A stretch of 63,185 nt of DNA, filler included, from Octopus bimaculoides (lineage: Eukaryota), in NCBI RefSeq assembly GCF_001194135.2. It is 10 parts of 8 records of this genome, joined end to end, with 100 filler letters (N's around TTAATTAATTAA, not from the genome) between each part and the next. Parts side by side here need not be neighbours in the genome. Positions count along the whole stretch, not along the records: positions 38,672 to 51,095 come from NC_068982.1; positions 51,196 to 53,212 come from NC_068981.1; positions 53,313 to 55,017 come from NW_026322070.1; positions 55,118 to 57,853 come from NC_068987.1; positions 57,954 to 63,185 come from NW_026368803.1; 5 more parts are not named here. One strand, 5' to 3'. Below the pieces are notes generated by a model. That model ran no database searches. It saw nothing but the letters and a program-made list of their open reading frames with translations, and was not told the DNA's origin. A program made the translations under genes and the position numbers. Below are positions 50,692 through 62,277 of the stretch, piece by piece (the first letter of the stretch is position 1; every line of letters starts with the position of its first letter).

Positions 50692-51856
50692 CTGTATGTA
50701 TGTATGTATGTATGTATGTATGTATGTATGTATACACATGTATATCAGTGGTGCTTCCTCCATAAATTCAAGGCATGTAATGCATGTCAAACTTTTATCG
50801 ATGTATATACATAACAAATCTTATTTTGATTAAAAAATATCGTTTCTCTAAGAAATGAGGGCAGTATTATGCATATACATATTATACATATTATACACAC
50901 ACATATATATATATACACATATACACATTTATATATTCATATACGCACACACGCGCACAAAATAAGGACATGCCTAATATTCAGATGTATTCATACTTTA
51001 CATACATATCTCTCTTTGCATACGAGTGCAAACTGCATACAGGCAACGATACAATTGCGAGTATATGCAGTATATATATATATATATATATATATNNNNN
51101 NNNNNNNNNNNNNNNNNNNNNNNNNNNNNNNNNNNNNNNTTAATTAATTAANNNNNNNNNNNNNNNNNNNNNNNNNNNNNNNNNNNNNNNNNNNNTATAT
51201 ATATATAGATATACATATGTATATGTTTGTGTGTGTGTGTGTTATGTATTTGTGTGTCTGTGTTTGTCCCCCGACCATCGCTTGACAACTGGTGTTGGTG
51301 TGTCTACATCCCTATAACACTCCGAGAGTGTAGTGAGTGCCTTTTACGTGCCACTGGCACAGGGGCCAGAAGAGCTGGCATCGACCACGATTGGATGGTG
51401 TTTTTTATGTGCCACCGGCACGGAAGCCAATCAAAGCGGCACTGGCAGCAACCACGATCGGATGGTGGCTTTTATGTGCCACTGGCTCGGAAGCCAGTCA
51501 AGGTGGCACTGGCATTGACCATGTTCGGATGGTGCTTTTTACGTGCCACCGGAACGGGGGTTACAACTATAATTTCCATTTGATTGGGATTAGATTTGAT
51601 TTTGATATTGAAGTTGATGTACTTGACTCAATAGGTCTCCTCAAACACGGCATGTCACCCTACGATCCAAGGTACTTTGAGTAAGTATATATATACACAT
51701 GTGCACATGCACAAACACACACACATTTATATATATCAGACAGTCCGCCAATGGCCTAACTGGCCAAAATTTCGAAGTCACTGTCAACCATAATCTTGTT
51801 TAAGAATAATAAATTTGTACTCTACAAAATGAAGGACTGACCATTGTCTTTATTGC

Positions 51857-51899
<43 letters not shown>

Positions 51900-51914
51900 C
51901 AGACAGAAACTTAC

Positions 51915-51980
51915 AAGAGAGACCGAGTTTCATAAGTGCCCCGAGTGACTGTCTTGGCTCTTAAGACACTTTTGTAACTT
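51915..51980 (-). CDS. Candidate orphan coding exon, product unknown
   Basis: Minus-strand acceptor gtttgtttttaaattcttaatctacag| and donor CTT|gtaagt. It is 66 bp, phase 2-2, with only one open frame: xKLQSVLRAKTVTRGTYETRSLx. No family recognised. Confidence 0.5.
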
Positions 51981-52249
51981 CCTGTAGATTAAGAATTTAA
52001 AAACAAACGAGACATATTCATATTTAAGAAGTGCCTTGAAAAAGAAATTTTTTTACTTAAAAATTATCTAAAACAATCTTTAAGAAGTCCAATTAGCACA
52101 AACCAGATGGAAGATATGAAGGAGATATATTGGTGTGTGTGTGTGTGTGTAAGCTCTTTCACAGTCTTTAGTTTTTCAAAGACATGGTATAAACCAAATT
52201 TTTCTATGTTGCCATCTGTCAAATAGGTTTTGGTCTTCTGTAGCAGTTG

Positions 52250-52750
52250 TCATCATCATCATTATCATCATCATCATCATTTAACGTCCATTGTCTATGC
52301 TGGCATGGGTTGGACAGTTTCATAGGGCTGACATGCTGGAAGGCTGCACCACACCCCAGTCTGAATTGGTATGGTTTTCTACGGCTGGATGCCCTTCCTA
52401 ATGCCAAACATTCTGAGAATGTAATGGGTGCTTTTACGTGCCATCAGCATGGGTGCCATTTGTATGAAACCAGTCTCTGCCACAACTGCGATTTTGCTCA
52501 GCTTGATGGGTTTTCTTCTCAGGTATTACATAATGCCAAAGGTTTCAGTCATTGCCTCCATGAGGCCCAACACACAAAAGGATCTCAGCCAATTTCTCTC
52601 CATGAGGCCCGATACTTGAAAGGAACTCATCCACTTTACCTCTATATGGCCCAATGCACAAAACAAACTCAGCTATTTTGCCACCGTGAGGTCCAAATCT
52701 GAAAAGGAACTCAGTCACTTTGCTTCCGTGAGGCCCAGTGTTCAATGCTA
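52250..52750 (-). mobile_element. Non-autonomous element or 3' end sharing the RTE 3' UTR tail, with internal 42-bp repeats
   Basis: It has the same catcatcatttaacgtcc...catgctggcatgggttgg...ctggatgcccttcctaatgccaa block as the RTE 3' end at 34795-35075. A related copy lies at 4955-5210. Confidence 0.7.
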
Positions 52751-53174
52751 GTATTTCCTATTAAAATTTGGAGTGAAAACCTTTTTGAAGTATTCTTCTT
52801 TTGCCTTTTGTAAAAAGGAATGTTTTGGATTTCTCATTTGCTCAGATATCTGAACATCCATTGTCATTGGAATGGTTCTTCTTTAGTTTCTTTAACTACT
52901 AAAGTGGAATCTTTCTGCGACTATTGCCTTGTGCTTGCTTCAGTCATTGGACTGTGGCCATGCTTGGGCACCGCCTTGAAGGGTTTCGTTGAACAAATTG
53001 ACCCCTCTGCTTCTTTTTTAAGTCTCGTACTTATTTTATCGGTCTCTTTTGGTGAAACGCTCAGTCAGAAACATGTAAACGATTGGTGCAGTGGTACAAA
53101 CATAAATGCAAAGACACACACATGCACACACATTGCATATATACACATGTGTGTGTGTGTGTGTGTGTATGTAT

Positions 53175-53212
<38 letters not shown>

Positions 53213-53312
53213 NNNNNNNNNNNNNNNNNNNNNNNNNNNNNNNNNNNNNNNNNNNNTTAATTAATTAANNNNNNNNNNNNNNNNNNNNNNNNNNNNNNNN
53301 NNNNNNNNNNNN

Positions 53313-55017
53313 TACATACGTACGTACGAACGAACGAGCGAACAAACGAACGAACAAACAAATGAATAAACGTACGAATGAAGGAACGAACGTACTTACG
53401 GACGAACGGACGAACTTACGTATGTAGGAACGAACAAACGAACGTACAAACGTACGAATGAAGGAACGAACGTACTTACGGACGAACGGACGAACTTACG
53501 TATGTACGTACGTATGAACGATCGAACGAACGAACGTACGTACGAACGATTCAACGAACGAACGTACGTGCGCAGGTAAGAAATAACGAAAGAACGTAAG
53601 TACGTACGTACGTAGGCAGGAAATAACGAAAGAACGGACGTACGGACGATCGTACGTACAAACGAACGTATTATGTAGACAAGAATTAGCGAAAGAACCT
53701 ACGTAATTACGAACGAATGTACGTACTAACCAACGAACGTAAGTACAAACGAACGTAAACGAACGTACATATATACGTACGTACGAACAATTGAACGAAC
53801 GAACGTATGTACGCAGATAAGAAATGACGAAAGAACGTAAGTACGAACGAACGTACGTACGTAGGCAGGAAATAACGAAAGAGCGTACGAACGAACGTAC
53901 GTACTTAATACGTAGGCAGGAAATAACGAAAGAACGTACGTACGAACGAACGAACTTACGTACTTATGTACGTATGAACGATCGAACGAACGTACGTATG
54001 TACGAACGAATGAAAGAACGAACGTACGTACGTAAGTAGAACGAACGAACGTACGTACGAATGGACGAACGAACCAACAAACGACCGAACGAACATACGT
54101 ACGAACGAACGAACGAAAGAACGATTGAACGAACGAACGTACAATCGAAAGTACGTACGTACATACGTACGTACGAACGAACGAGCGAACAAACGAACGA
54201 ACGAACGTGCGTACGAACGTAGGTAGGAAGTAAAGACAGAACGTATGAAAGAACGAACAAACGAATAAACGAACGTACGTAATTGCGACCGAACGAATGA
54301 ACTTACGTACGAACGAACGTACGAACGAAGGAAAGTACGTATGAACGAACGAACTTTCTTACGAACAAACGAACGAACAAACAAACTAATAAACGTACTT
54401 ACTTACGACCGAACGAACGAGCGAACGAACGAACGTACGTAGGATCGAACGAACGAACGTACAAACGTACGAATGAAGGAACGAACGTACTTACGTACGT
54501 ACGGATGAACGGACGAACTTACGTAGGTACGTATGTATGAACGATCGAACGAACGAACGTACGTACGTACGAACGATTCAACGAACGAACGTACGTACGC
54601 AGGTAAGAAATAACGAAAGAACGTGAGTACGTACGTACGTAGGCAGGAAATAACGAAAGAACGGACGTACGGAAGATCGTACGTACAAACGAACGTATTA
54701 CGTAGACAGGAATTAGCAAAAGAACGTACGTACGAACGAAGAAACGAACGAACGTACGTACGTATTACGTAGGCAGGAAATAACGAAAGAACGTACGTAA
54801 TTACGAACGAATGTACGTGCTAACGAACGAACNNNNNNNNNNAAATAACGAAAGAACGTACGTAATTACGAACGAATGTACGTGCTAACGAACGAACGTA
54901 CGAACGAACGTAAGTACAAACGAACGTACATATATACGTACGTACGAACGATTGAACAAACGAACGTATGTACTCAGATAAGAAATAACGAAAGAACGTA
55001 AGTACGAACGAACGTAC
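53313..55017. repeat. CpG-dense (ACGA/ACGT)n-derived satellite with higher-order repeats
   Basis: It is built of acga/acgt tetramers with a recurring aggcaggaaataacgaaagaacg module. A ~190-bp segment at 53513 recurs at 54536. Confidence 0.92.
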
Positions 55018-55200
55018 NNNNNNNNNNNNNNNNNNNNNNNNNNNNNNNNNNNNNNNNNNNNTTAATTAATTAANNNNNNNNNNNNNNNNNNNNNNNNNNN
55101 NNNNNNNNNNNNNNNNNATCCCCCCCCCTGCACCACTGTCTCTACGCTGCTGCCATCACCACATTCGACACCATCATCATCACCACCACCTCTTGCAGCC

Positions 55201-55350
55201 CCCTGCTACAACCACCTTAACACCACCTTCAACACCACCACCATCCCTGTCATCACTCGCCCTAACACCCTGCTACAACCACCTTAACACCACCTTCAGC
55301 ACCACCACCATCCCTGTCATCACTCACCCTAACCCCCTGCTACAACCACC
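55201..55350. repeat. 67-bp tandem repeat, ~2.3 copies, ACC-rich
   Basis: ccctgctacaaccacc starts at 55201, 55268 and 55335. Confidence 0.85.
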
Positions 55351-57665
55351 TCTCCACCACCACCACCACCATCACCACTACCTCGCATCCTTGCCTCAAC
55401 TCAACTTGGCTCTTTCCCCAGTCTGAAATGGGTTAATAACGATATATTAATTTGATTTACCTTATCANNNNNNNNNNNNNNNNNNNNNNNNNNNNNNNNN
55501 NNNNNNNNNNNNNNNNNNNNNNNNNNNNNNNNNNNNNNNNNNNNNNNNNNNNNNNNNNNNNNNNNNNTCTTGTTGTTTGTATTCGTAATCGTGTACCATG
55601 TTTTCTGGGGTGGGGGGTGGGGGTTGTCTTTTTCTGTACCATGCTCTCCGTTTTTTTGTCTTTGTCACTGTACACATTTGCTAGCTTTCTTACAAAGGGG
55701 TCTAATGCTCTTAGCTTTTTGAGGAGCAACCAGATTGAACCGTCTGAAGTGTAACTACCCGTAACAGTCGTGACTTCTGGTAATTGACTGAGGGAAGAAG
55801 GCCACGATTGACCCGTTTTTCTTTGCCTGTCCTTCTAATTGTTGTTTCTCTTGTCCACCTTTGTATCGTCTATCTGTCCGAATGTTTTATTGTCCTCTAT
55901 TGCGTTTTTCTATTCAATTGCGTTGTCTATTCTTCCATTTATATATATATAAAATAAAAACAAAAACGTAAAAATAAAAAAATAAAAACAAAACACAAAG
56001 GATTCTGCGGTACACGTGTTTCAAGCTTTATAGTTGTTGCATCATTATTGGTATATAATTGATAGTATAAAGCTATCTTCAGCCGCAAATATATTCTTTC
56101 CCAAGAATTATATCACANNNNNNNNNNNNNNNNNNNNNNNNNNNNNNNNNNNNNNNNNNNNNNNNNNNNNNNNNNNNNNNNNNNNNNNNNNNNNNNNNNN
56201 NNNNNNNNNNNNNNNNNNNNNNNNNNNNNNNNNNNNNNNNNNNNNNNNNNNNNNNNNNNNNNNNNNNNNNNNNNNNNNNNNNNNNNNNNNNNNNNNNNNN
56301 NNNNNNNNNNNNNNNNNNNNNNNNNNNNNNNNNNNNNNNNNNNNNNNNATATATATATATATATATATACATACACATATATATCCAAATAAGCAACAAG
56401 GATATCCAGAGGTAATGCAGTATGATCGTTTCATGCAACTCCATTTAATTGAACAATGTAATCATTACATCAATTTAAAATGCAGAGCAATCCTCAGCTC
56501 CACAAAGACAAAGAATTTAATTAAATTAGAACAGATGGACACAGTAGTATAATTATACCTAAAATCTCCTAGAAGTTAAGGAGACAGACAAAGAACATGT
56601 TGTCTCCACTTCAGCATAGACTCTACCTGTCATGGATTTGTTGTTTTTTTTTGTTTTTATGTGGTCAGTTTTAATTTATAGACTAGTTTATCAAATCCTT
56701 GTATATCAAAGGCTGAGAGAATAAAGGGCAGTATCTGCTAGAGGTAAGGCTGAGGGAGCAGACAGAAATCATAGTTGGTATAGTCATAAAAATCAAGATT
56801 TATTGGAAGCAATATCATAAAGTTTGGTAAAGGAAAACTTAAAATAAGATGTTAGCTGACAATTAAAGGGGCAGGCCACTAGCAGATCATTGATAATGAA
56901 ACAGGGGAAATCTTATGTAATACTATAGTTAAATATTTTAAACTATGTTGCTTTATTGAATACAGTTAAAGTTTAGAGCTATTCAGAGGGATATTTAAGA
57001 AGAATATTATAACAAAAGGATAGATATTTATGAATAACTTTGAGTATATACCAAACTTTTACCAGAATAGAGGGAGGAAAAGAAATTATCTAGAAATAGT
57101 TTAATATTTATATATATTATACACTTAAATACTAAGTCATCAGATGGTGTCTGTGAATATTGATTAATTGGTATATACTGGTATTAATAAAGGAGTATTA
57201 AAGTAAAAGAACATGCTAATTATATATTAATAGAATTATAATCTAAGCAGTTTTTATAAGTAGTGAATATACCAGTATAGTTTTATATAAGCTAAATATG
57301 AATTTATAGAGATACAAAGATTAGCTTAATTTTATGAATAAATAAAGGCTAATTATAAAATAATAAAGAAATAAAATAAAATAATCAATTGGCAGAACAG
57401 CTAAATAAGTAAATATATAATTTTTAGTCTAATATATTTTGAACTATTATACTTTTTCTATAAATCTTCTCTATTGGTGTTAATAAGCTACATATACTTT
57501 AGCATAGTATTAGTAATTAAGCTATTCTATTCCTTTTCTATGGTGTTCTGCCCTACTTGATTATTTTATTTTGATTTTAATCACCTTATTTTGAAATTAT
57601 ATGGATAATACCATACTAAATTCTGGTGCCTCAACTTAAGTACCATATTCTTCTGAATCTACACA

Positions 57666-57706
<41 letters not shown>

Positions 57707-57803
57707 TTGGAAGAGGATGCGTGGCGTTCAATCATATAATGATATAAATAATATATATATATGCATATATACATACATATATGTACATAATTACACATAC
57801 ACT

Positions 57804-57842
<39 letters not shown>

Positions 57843-58750
57843 CATCCTCATCANNNNNNNNNNNNNNNNNNNNNNNNNNNNNNNNNNNNNNNNNNNNTTA
57901 ATTAATTAANNNNNNNNNNNNNNNNNNNNNNNNNNNNNNNNNNNNNNNNNNNNGTATGTATGTATGAATGAATGCATGTATGTATGTATGAATACATGTA
58001 TGAATGCATGTATGAATGCATGTATGAATGTATGTATGTATACATATATGCTCACAGACAATAGAGTGATTCACCAACAACTTCCCATGCAATGACTGCT
58101 CTTTTCTTTTGTTTGTAACCAAAAACATATGACTATATTTATGTGTGTCCGCATAAGTGTGTGTGTGTGTGTATACTTATGTGTGTCTACATATATGTTT
58201 GTGCGTGTGCGTATACCTATGTGTGTGTGTGTGAGTGCATGTGTATGAAGGGAATGTCACCTATGTCTGCCTCGCCTTTCAGCTTTCCAAATTTGATAAA
58301 GTATCAGCTGGTAAGATAATTAAGTACTGCTGTTAATTTGAACACGTGCGTGCGTGCGTGTGTGTGTGTGTGTATGTGTTTTTACGTATGCACGAGTGAA
58401 TATGTCTTTCTGTGTGGTCATACATGCGTATGTATAACTGAGTTGTTGTCGTTGGTGGTGGTGGTGGTGGTGGTGGTGGTGGTGGTTATAGAGATGATAA
58501 TGTCAGTGACAATGGTAACATGGTAGTGATGATAATGATGATGATGATGACGACATCAACGATGACGATCTTTCCAGTAATTAGCGAAGGCAGAAGTGGG
58601 CCCTATTTCTCAGCCAGGCTGACTGAGCTTCAGCTAAGTAATGGTTGTTGCAGCAAAGTTTGAGCTTCTAATACAAGCTACACACACGTTTCTATAACAA
58701 AGAGAAAATAAAACTAAACAAGCTGTACCGTATTCAAGGCTATACTATAT

Positions 58751-58855
58751 ATAACTGCTATACTACTATACTATGCTATACTACTACTATGCTATACTAT
58801 AACTGCTATACTACTATACTATGCTATACTACTACTATGCTATACTATAACTGCT
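58751..58855. repeat. 48-bp tandem repeat (~2.2 copies) built from CTATA/CTA units
   Basis: ataactgc starts at 58751, 58799 and 58847. Confidence 0.85.
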
Positions 58856-59446
58856 CACTATATCTGCACATGTTGTCAATATTTCACTGTATTGGTTGTG
58901 ATACTAACTATTATATCTATATATGTTGTTAGTTCCTTCTGATAAGGGTCGGTTTCCTGGTTTCATTGGTGTATAAGTTTCCCCAAGCGATGTTGGGGGG
59001 ACAAACACACATATATATATATATACATATACATATACATATATACGACAGGCTTCTTTCAGTTTCCATCTACCAAATCCACTCACAAAGAAGAAGAAGA
59101 AGAAGAAGAATTGGTTCTAATTATGGCACAAGTCCAGTAATTTGGTTAGAATAGTTCTGCCAATTAAACTAATGGTGGCATGTGATTTGAAGGAGATTTG
59201 TCTGCTATTTCAGTCAGATTCCACAGCCATGCAGAGAGTCTCCCATTAGTGTACATGTGAAGTACACTTTCTTCTTATCAAAATTATTTAAGATAAATAA
59301 AAAAAAATAATAATCCAGCGAAATTATCATGTGACAACAAATCTGATAACAAGATTGAAATTTGAAACCTTGTCATCACCCACTGGGTGTTCAAACTGGG
59401 GAAAGAGGACAACATTAAATGGTAGAGGAGAACGACCATTTCTACA

Positions 59447-59616
59447 GTTTTATATTTAAGAGATGAGGAATTATGTACATTATTTACATTTGACGGATAT
59501 TTGTCCTCATCTTGTTTGTTGTCAACATAACGTTTCAGCTGATATACCCTCCAGCCTTCATCAGGTGTCTTGGGGAAATTTCAAACCTGGGTTCTCATTC
59601 CTAAGGTATTTTTCGA

Positions 59617-59666
<50 letters not shown>

Positions 59667-59737
59667 TCACTGCCAGGAATTGAACTTGGAATCTTGGGGT
59701 TAGTAGCCCGTTCACTTAACCACTATGCTATATGCCC
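59447..59737 (-). mobile_element. tRNA-derived SINE with hammerhead-containing tail (full-length, CpG-decayed)
   Basis: Minus head gggcatatagcatagtggttaag...aagattccaagttcaattcc (A/B boxes), then (AAT)n, a hammerhead at 59524-59569 with a stem I mismatch, and a 3' tail. Confidence 0.85.
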
Positions 59738-59944
59738 CAAGATTCCAAGTTCAATTCTGGGCAGTGACCTGAATAATAATAATAACAATAATAATGATAA
59801 CAACATCGAAAAATACCCTAGGAACGAGAACCTAGGTTCGAAATTTCCCCAAGACACCTGATGAAGGCTGGAGGCTATATCAGCCGAAACGTTGTGTTAA
59901 CAACTAACAAGATGAGGACAAATATCCGTCAAATGTAAATAATG
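59735..59944 (+). mobile_element. Same SINE, 5'-truncated copy in inverted orientation
   Basis: It is the reverse-complement match to 59478-59700 and starts at a cccc microhomology within the tRNA head. Confidence 0.85.
59853..59898 (+). ncRNA. Minimal type I hammerhead ribozyme motif (Penelope-type)
   Basis: GACAC-CTGATGA-A-GGCTG-gaggctatat-CAGCC-GAAA-C-GT-T-GTGTT. Stem I is GACAC/GTGTT, stem II is GGCTG/CAGCC, stem III is a palindromic loopless ACGT, and cleavage is predicted after GUU (59893). Confidence 0.72.
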
Positions 59945-60719
59945 CAAATCATTTCTGTTTAGATTGTTTTTTAAGGACAAGAGACTGAGAGATATTGTGA
60001 TTTGCTGTACTTGATAAGATATATCAAGGTAAGTAAAATCACAGTGTTTCACACAGGTGGCCTTGTTCTTTCAGGTGCCGGTGCCACTTGAAAAGCACCC
60101 GTGCCAGTGCTGCATTAATGTACCTGAGCTGGCGCTGTTTAAATGCACCTGCGTCAGTAGCACGTAAAAAGCACCCAGCACACTAGCAACCAGGGTGTAG
60201 CTTGCCTCAATCGCACATAAAGCACAATATAGTAAGAATACAGGGAGATGTGACTATTATTTCTAGCATCATGAGCAACTAAAGTGAAGCCTCTTCTTAC
60301 TGGCTTGTTAAAAAAATTACAGTAGAAAGAAGATCACGCTTTATTCAGTCAAGGTAATTCAAGAGATAGTTTAATAAAACGAAGGTTCAAATTTCAAACG
60401 TTTTAATCTAATTAACACAACAGTTCATCATTAATTACTTTCTATTAACAAACTTCACTAGTTCTTATCTGTTCTGATTAAAAGTCATTTTCAACGAAAT
60501 TTAACGAAGCACAATTTTTTATAAGTCAATCACATGCTATATGTTACACACAGTTACTGCTGCTGCTGCTGCTACTGCTACTACTACTACTACTACTACT
60601 ACTAAGAGACAGTACACTGGTAGATGTTGGACATCTCTTCATCACCAACTATGAAGTCGTGGTAGTGGTGGTGGTGCTGGGGGGTGGACACAGTCTGAAC
60701 AATTTAACCAAGAATACAC

Positions 60720-60878
60720 AGTTTCTTGAGTGGTAAGAAACTTGCTTCTCAACCACATGACTCCAGGTTCAGTCCCACTGAATGGCGCCTTGGGCAAATG
60801 TCTCTACTATAGCCTCAGGCCAATCGAAGCCTTGAGTGGATTTGATAGAAGGAAACTGAAAGAAGCCTGTCATATATA

Positions 60879-60917
<39 letters not shown>

Positions 60918-61108
60918 CCCCACCATCGCTTGACAACCAATGCTGGTATGTTTACGTCCCATTAATTTTTAGCAGTCTGGCAAAAGAGACTGATAAAATA
61001 AGTACTAGGCTTACAAAGAATAAGTCCTCGAGTTAATTTCTTTGACTATAACCCTTTAAGAATATGCTCCAGCATGGCCGCAGTCAAATGACTGAAACGA
61101 ATAAAAGA
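60720..61108 (+). mobile_element. Family A SINE, CpG-decayed
   Basis: Head tggtaagaaacttgcttctcaaccacatg, CORE-like gccttgggcaaatgtc, internal (TG)n and the family tail. Confidence 0.82.
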
Positions 61109-61604
61109 AAATCCAGTTACCATGCGCATACACAAGATGGTCGAATGGTAGAGTAGTCAGTGTGTCAGAGAGAATATTCTGTGGCGTGTGTTCCAGTTCT
61201 TCATGTTCAAAGTTCAAACCCTGATAAGATCAATGCTGCTGTTCATCCCTTGGGAGGTTGATAAATTAAGCACCAGCAAAGCATCGGGATTGCTTCTTCA
61301 CTCACACACTCACACACTCACACTCACACACACACACACACACACACACAGTTTCTCTGGAAGCAATCAGCCGTGTTCAGCCCACGAGAAAGAGGGCTCA
61401 GTCAAGTTTAAAATACTTTCTACTGTAGGCACAAGGCCAGAAATTTTGGAAGAGAGTGCAAGTTGATTACATCGACCCCAGTACACAACTGGAACTTATT
61501 TTATTGGCCCTGAAAGGATAAAAGACAAAGTCGACCTTGGCAGCATTTGAACCCAGAATTTAAAGACAGATGAAATACCACTAAGAATTTTATTGGCCAC
61601 GCAA

Positions 61605-62155
61605 ACGGCTTCTTTTCAGTTTCCGTCTACCAAATCCACTCACAAGGCTTTGGTCTGCCCAAGGTTATAGTAGAAGACACTTGCTCAAGGTGCCCTGCAG
61701 TGGAACTAAAACCTGGAACCATGTGGTTGGTAAGCAAGCTACTTACCACACAGCTACTCCTGCGCCTATATTCTTTAATTTTTTTATTTGTTTCAGTCAT
61801 TTGACTGTGGCCATGCTGGAGCACTGCCTTTAGTTGAACAAATTGACCCCCAGGACTTATTCTTTATAAGCCGAGTACTTATTCTATCAGTCTCTTTTGC
61901 CGACCTGCTAAGTTACCGGACATGACCAAACCAACACTGGATGTCAATCTGTGATGGAGGTGTGGGACAAAGCTAGACACATACAAGCACACACAGGAGG
62001 GGCTTCTTTCAGTTTCCGTCTACCAAATCCATTCGCAAGGCTTTGGTCGGCCCAAGGCTATAATAGAAGACACAAACCCACGGTGCCACGCAGTGGGACT
62101 GAACCCAAAACCATGTGGTTAGGAAGCAAGCTTCTTACCACACAATCATGCCTAT
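61605..62155 (-). mobile_element. Two adjacent family A SINE copies (head half 61605-61768; near-full copy ~61790-62155)
   Basis: Two blocks of the type ttcagtttccgtctaccaaatcc...cttaccacacag, and one tail. Confidence 0.82.
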
Positions 62156-62235
62156 CAAACTTCTTGTCAATTCTTACACCGAGTAGCATGTTGCGTTCAT
62201 GAGGCCTACACCCTAACCAGTAAGCCACGTGAATT

Positions 62236-62277
<42 letters not shown>

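Noticed and set aside
53313-55017. CRISPR-like or coding interpretation of the satellite
   Set aside because: There is no constant repeat with unique spacers; the DNA is eukaryotic, and the ORFs are repeat translations.
59973-60025. Apparent exon ag|GACAAGAG...ATCAAG|gtaagt (QETERYCDLLYLIRYIK)
   Set aside because: Nearly the same sequence (gtgatttgctgtacttga..gatat..caag.taagtaaaat) occurs at ~18465-18510, so it is a dispersed repeat.
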